A stretch of 64,000 bases of DNA from an uncultured Prevotellaceae bacterium. Lineage in GTDB: Bacteria; Bacteroidota; Bacteroidia; Bacteroidales; Bacteroidaceae. The stretch is taken from NCBI GenBank assembly GCA_902785945.1, contig CADAAR010000002.1:71743-135742 (forward strand), written 5' to 3'. The position numbers and the translations under genes are program-made. The notes under the pieces are model-generated. The model did not search any database. It saw only the letters and a program-made list of their open reading frames with translations, and had not been told where the DNA came from. This document shows, piece after piece, positions 59,881 to 64,000 of this stretch; position 1 is the first letter of the stretch, and every line of letters starts with the position of its first letter.

Positions 59881-60019
59881 TCTGAGACTTCCTCACGCGT
59901 ACTGCGCCCGCCTGTACGGTACGCACGAGAAAGTTCTATTTTAATCTGTCAATGTGGCAAGGAAGGAGAGAAGGAGTAAAGGAGAGAAGGAGTAAAGGAG
60001 TAAAAAGAAAAAAGTAGAT

Positions 60020-60214
60020 ATGAAAGCAATGTCAAAACAGCAGCTGGCAGAGATCGCAGGGGTCACGACGAAGACGCTGATGACTTGGTGCGAGCCGTTC
60101 CAGAAGGAACTGGAGGCAATGGGCATGCAGCCCCACATGAAAGTTCTGCCTCCCCATATTGTCCGCTTCATTACCGAGAAATTCTGCATCGATGTGAAGG
60201 ATGTCAGCGTGTAA
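60020..60214 (+). CDS. Small HTH-like protein (DUF4248-like)
   Basis: MSKQQLAEIAGVTTKTLMTW...LPPHIVRFI; position between VapE and HU. Confidence 0.7.
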   Translation: MKAMSKQQLAEIAGVTTKTLMTWCEPFQKELEAMGMQPHMKVLPPHIVRFITEKFCIDVKDVSV

Positions 60215-60240
60215 ATCGGGAATAACGGGAAGAATGTGGA

Positions 60241-60460
60241 GGAAACGGGAGTAAACGGAAGGAAACGGAAAGTGACCTTCCGTTTTTTCGTATCTTTGTA
60301 TCTGGTAAGCAAGACGAACCGAAGGGCTATCTTCCACGGTTTGTTCAGATATCTCGGACGACTCATTCAGATTATTTCCATACCCTTATAGGGATTATCT
60401 GAACACGTCATAGAGACTATCCGGATAGCACGAAGAGACTATCTGAACGACGCGTAGTTG
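60241..60460. repeat. Phased repeat arrays around the HU-gene promoter
   Basis: 10-bp period GGAAACGG-like x3 (60241-60270); TATCTTTG at 60291; TTCAGAT at 60344 and 60366; ATCYGRA at 60397, 60419 and 60441 (22-bp period). Confidence 0.7.
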
Positions 60461-60527
60461 ACCCCTCCTTTTTGCCTCGGCTGCCCAAAATTGTAAATGG
60501 TAAATTGTAAAATGGTACATTAACATT

Positions 60528-61391
60528 ATGAGTCAGAAGTACATTAAATCACAGAACAAGAATTCGCACAATGCGAAGAGCTACGGCAAGTACTACGCGA
60601 CTGCCGTGTATGACAATCATTTCATCGGTACGGAGGAGCTGGCCGACTTCATCCAGCAGCAGGCCTCGGTGAAGAAGTCTGACATCAAGGCCGTGCTCGA
60701 CGAACTGGGCGCTGCCATGAAGCACTACTTCGAACTGGGCCAGAAGGTGAAGCTCGACGGCATCGGCATCATGAAGGTGGGCTTCTCGTCGATTGGCGTT
60801 GCCAAGATCGAGGACTGCACCTCGGCTACGATCACCACGCGTCGCGTGCTGTTTCAGCCGGAGACGGAGCGCGTCGTGGTGGGTCAGGAGAAGAAACCCG
60901 ACGGCAGCGTCAAGCAGAAGTACGTGAATGCCATCACACTGCTGAAGGATGTGGTCTTCGAAGAGACCCACGACAACTCCATGAACGCAGAGCCGGAAGG
61001 CTCAGAAACTGAGGGCAACGGCTCAGGAAGTGGCAATGGCAGCTCGCAGAATTCCGGAAATTCCGGCCAGAGTCAGCAGGGTGGCGACAGCCAGAATCAG
61101 TCGACAGGCTTTGCCCTGACCATCTCGAAGACGGGTACGGGCTCCGCCAGCGTCACCATCAATGGTAACGCCGTTTCATCAGGCTCTAGTCTGAGTGAGG
61201 ATGATGAGGTGGCAATCAGCATCACACCGACTGAGGGACAGGTACCGACGGCGACCATCAACGGCTCGGAGATTGAGCTCACTGAGGACGGCGGTGTCTA
61301 CACCGGCAGCTTTGCCATGCCTGGCCAGGCCTCGACCCTGATCATCAACACCGGCGAAGGCGAAGACGACGACTATGATCCGAATGCGTAA
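60528..61391 (+). CDS. Bacteroidota HU/IHF-like DNA-binding protein with Gly/Ser linker and extra C-terminal beta domain
   Basis: YGKYYA, ELADFI, SDIKAVL, GQKVKLDGIG, FQP. Confidence 0.85.
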   Translation: MSQKYIKSQNKNSHNAKSYGKYYATAVYDNHFIGTEELADFIQQQASVKKSDIKAVLDELGAAMKHYFELGQKVKLDGIGIMKVGFSSIGVAKIEDCTSATITTRRVLFQPETERVVVGQEKKPDGSVKQKYVNAITLLKDVVFEETHDNSMNAEPEGSETEGNGSGSGNGSSQNSGNSGQSQQGGDSQNQSTGFALTISKTGTGSASVTINGNAVSSGSSLSEDDEVAISITPTEGQVPTATINGSEIELTEDGGVYTGSFAMPGQASTLIINTGEGEDDDYDPNA

Positions 61392-61410
61392 GCACTAAAA
61401 ACAGAAGCGT

Positions 61411-61509
61411 ATGACAAAGAAAGAAGCAGCAAAGTTTATTGTGCAGATCATTGCATCGATCGCGACAGCGATACTGACCGCACTGGGTGCTGTTAGTTGC
61501 ACGGTTTAG
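61411..61509 (+). CDS. 'Smalltalk'-type 32-aa hydrophobic peptide MTKKEAAKFIVQIIASIATAILTALGAVSCTV (absent from ORF track)
   Basis: Manual translation; QII.SI.TA..T.LG..SC pattern; lies between the HU and amidase genes. Confidence 0.8.
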   Translation: MTKKEAAKFIVQIIASIATAILTALGAVSCTV

Positions 61510-61523
61510 TTAAGCGTTCAGAG

Positions 61524-61952
61524 ATGAGAACCATCACATTGTTAGTCATTCACTGTTCTGCCGTGAAGCCCGACCAGACCAGCTCGGCCGCTCAGATAGA
61601 CACGTGGCATCGCAAGGATAACCATTGGAAATTTGGTATCGGCTACCACTACGTGATCCGACGAGACGGAACGATAGAGCCAGGCCGTCCTGAGTGGATG
61701 GTCGGTGCCCACTGTCTGAACCACAACGCCCACTCGTTAGGCATCTGCTACGAGGGCGGGTTGGACATCAACGGTGAATATGACGACACGCGCACGCCGG
61801 CGCAGAAGGCTGCCATGCGCACATTACTTGAAGAGCTCCACGCGCGTTACCCCCGCGCCGTGATTGTAGGGCACCACGACCTCGACCCCCGGAAACCGTG
61901 TCCCTGCATCAAGGACGTCGCCCATGAATTCGCTGACCTGCAGCCGAAATAA
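61524..61952 (+). CDS. N-acetylmuramoyl-L-alanine amidase (T7 lysozyme-like, Amidase_2)
   Basis: VIHCSA, IGYHYVI, GAHC, GICYEGG, GHHD, KPCPC; no signal peptide. Confidence 0.92.
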   Translation: MRTITLLVIHCSAVKPDQTSSAAQIDTWHRKDNHWKFGIGYHYVIRRDGTIEPGRPEWMVGAHCLNHNAHSLGICYEGGLDINGEYDDTRTPAQKAAMRTLLEELHARYPRAVIVGHHDLDPRKPCPCIKDVAHEFADLQPK

Positions 61953-61987
61953 AGTAATCCCCGCCGAATGGCGGGGATTACTTTATT
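61948..61987. terminator. Bidirectional terminator
   Basis: aataaagtaatccccgcc-gaat-ggcggggattactttatt perfect inverted repeat between convergent genes. Confidence 0.8.
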
Positions 61988-64000
61988 CAGTTTTCTTTTC
62001 ACCAATGATAACCTCCGAATCTTTCTTCACCATACCAGCATCACCGCCACCGAAGACATTACCCTGGACATCGGCCCCCTCCTTGATATGTACTTTCGTC
62101 CAAACAGAAGTGGCAATCTGGGTGTTGTCGCTCGACAGACCACGGCTGGCTCCATAGACCTCACCGCCATAGTGTGCCTGATAATCCGTCGGCGTTCCAA
62201 TTGTACCCGAAATATTGACGGTACACTGCGACTGCCAACCTGTTTTACCATCATGCGTGGTGGTATCATCCTTCTTGTCGGCCAAGTCTGTTCTTGTCGG
62301 CGGAATGGCAGGAGGACCTACGCTGGCGAACGAGCCACCACCATAGACATTACGATGGATGGTGCCACCCTTGATATCAACCGTCGTGAAGCAGGTCACA
62401 GAACCGGCAGAGGTACTATAATCCTCTTCCTTGATGGCATTGCCATGATAAGTAATTCCTTCAACGGTGTCGTCTATCTTATTGTCATAGTTGAAGTCAT
62501 ACTGATACTTACTGATACCTGAACCAGCACCAAAGACATTACCTCGATACAACCACTGCGGGTCATCGAGCTCCTGACTGAGAGTCTTTCCTGTGGTATT
62601 GAAAATACCCCTGTTCGTGCTATTAAAGGCCAGGCCTATCTCACCCTTATTAATAATCACATGAGCGTCTCGACGCACGTGACCATCCTGACCACCGCCA
62701 TAGACGGAGCCTAAGATGGTGGGACCCGTGTAATTCTCATCATTTATCTTGGTCTCATCACCAATAATCACTTCCGTCTCGTTGGCATAGCCTACGAAGA
62801 ACTCAGGACAGTAAAGATAGCGTGGAGACTCGGTGATGTTGGGTGCAGACTCACCACGACAACCGCCAAAGACGTTTCCATAAGGCAGGCCATCCTTTAT
62901 ACTCTTTGATGGATCTGAAGCGACATAGCCCACGGTACCGCCTGTAATCTTGACAGTACATTTACCGCTATTCAAGAAATGCCATGCATTATCACCTTCG
63001 CTCGAACTGGTCCATAATGACCCATTGAGTGCTTCTCCATAGCCATTATATTGCTTACCATTGGCAAACACGTACGAATAGTCATCTGTACCGCCGGCAT
63101 AGTTACCCTTACCTACAGATCCCAAGGTACCTCCGCCAAAGACATTACGCACGACATAACCACCGCTCATCTCGACATTTGTATTGCCAAATACTTTGCC
63201 GGCGGTGATACTGTAGATATCGCTGGTATAGTAGTCATCATTATTATCGGAGCCAGAAGTCTTTCCAATCTTTAATAATCTTGTACTGAATTTAGACTTA
63301 CCACTACCACCGCCGTAGAGAGCATGACCAATGAGACCATTTTCCAGTTTCACCTTAGTGTCACCCATGACGTGGCCGTTCTCAGCACCGCCATAAACGG
63401 CACCTGCAATGCAGTCAACCTTATCTTCATCTTTCATAAAGTTCTCGGGCGTTGCATTGTTGCTATCAGGATACTTGATAGTTATCTCAGCAGAACCCAC
63501 GTTCGCACAGAAAATATAGTCATTGAAGTCGCCGACAAGACCCTTACCGCCGCCGTACACATCACCATTGTCTGTTCCTATGTCATCACCCTCAGTGCAA
63601 CCAAGACGTCCGCCAGTGATGTTAATCTTTGTTGTACCAACATAGCTAGGGAAGTACTCGAACTTATACGGCCAGCTCAGGGCAAAGCTATTAGTCTCAT
63701 CAGCGTGTTTCACAATATTCTGATAAACTGTGTACCTATTGGTTTTGGGGTTCTTTCGGAATATCACCTTATCGTCAGGAACAGCAGCCTTGGTGTCAAA
63801 CTCATCACTACTCAGTACATTGTTGATGACGCCTACTGATGCCATCTCGCCACCGCCATAGACATGCTTTTTCACCTGGCCGCCCTTGATATTCACTTCG
63901 GTTCCTTTACCTACGCAGCCAGCCCATTGCATTGGCGAATAGCCAAAGACGAGTGTGTTAGTGCCGTCTGAGGACGTCACAGTAGCCTTGTAGTCATCAG
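61983..64000 (-). CDS. C-terminal part of a very large V[YF]GGG-repeat (beta-solenoid-like) protein; frame open to the window edge
   Basis: More than 10 repeats of IxGG...V[YF]G[GA]G; no stop codon upstream of 63980. Confidence 0.75.
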   Translation of the reverse strand, partial: DDYKATVTSSDGTNTLVFGYSPMQWAGCVGKGTEVNIKGGQVKKHVYGGGEMASVGVINNVLSSDEFDTKAAVPDDKVIFRKNPKTNRYTVYQNIVKHADETNSFALSWPYKFEYFPSYVGTTKINITGGRLGCTEGDDIGTDNGDVYGGGKGLVGDFNDYIFCANVGSAEITIKYPDSNNATPENFMKDEDKVDCIAGAVYGGAENGHVMGDTKVKLENGLIGHALYGGGSGKSKFSTRLLKIGKTSGSDNNDDYYTSDIYSITAGKVFGNTNVEMSGGYVVRNVFGGGTLGSVGKGNYAGGTDDYSYVFANGKQYNGYGEALNGSLWTSSSEGDNAWHFLNSGKCTVKITGGTVGYVASDPSKSIKDGLPYGNVFGGCRGESAPNITESPRYLYCPEFFVGYANETEVIIGDETKINDENYTGPTILGSVYGGGQDGHVRRDAHVIINKGEIGLAFNSTNRGIFNTTGKTLSQELDDPQWLYRGNVFGAGSGISKYQYDFNYDNKIDDTVEGITYHGNAIKEEDYSTSAGSVTCFTTVDIKGGTIHRNVYGGGSFASVGPPAIPPTRTDLADKKDDTTTHDGKTGWQSQCTVNISGTIGTPTDYQAHYGGEVYGASRGLSSDNTQIATSVWTKVHIKEGADVQGNVFGGGDAGMVKKDSEVIIGEKKTE

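Noticed and set aside
60320-60460. CRISPR array
   Set aside because: Units are short and degenerate with a 22-bp period and mixed orientation; no cas genes.
58087-61952. Intact prophage or integrative element
   Set aside because: No integrase, structural or transfer genes, and no att-like direct repeats found.

Overview
Bacteroidota chromosomal window, most likely a Prevotella-type gut or rumen anaerobe (TAnnTTTG promoters, SusC/SusD, UpxY). 1-23.8 kb (minus strand): Wzx/Wzy capsular polysaccharide locus with a phosphonate branch (PEP mutase-cytidylyltransferase, phosphonopyruvate decarboxylase, Fe-dependent reductase, TagF-like transferase; predicted 2-hydroxyethylphosphonate decoration), dTDP-3-acetamido-3,6-dideoxyhexose genes, wza and wzc. 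It is headed by an antiterminator that looks like an UpxY-UpxZ fusion. 23.9-31 kb: a type V pilin-like lipoprotein, an unannotated 46-aa peptide with a YxxP leader-like motif, and an ABC exporter, PqqD/RRE, S26 peptidase and HPr-kinase-like cassette. This is a candidate uncharacterised RiPP-like peptide modification and export system attached to the capsule locus. 31.8-47 kb: arabinan-type PUL (3 GH43, glycan-binding lipoprotein, SusD, SusC, kinase-less hybrid sensor/AraC regulator with a 21-bp-period operator). 47-58 kb: housekeeping genes, including a frame-disrupted GGGtGRT gene. 58-62 kb: XRE, VapE-like, small HTH, HU-like, 'smalltalk' peptide and amidase cassette with phased repeat arrays, then a truncated giant VYGGG-repeat protein. 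Several families of short palindromic or tandem repeats recur across the window, often inserted in frame inside genes, with compensatory base changes and one nested insertion. All calls come from reading the sequence and recalling family motifs; no searches were run.
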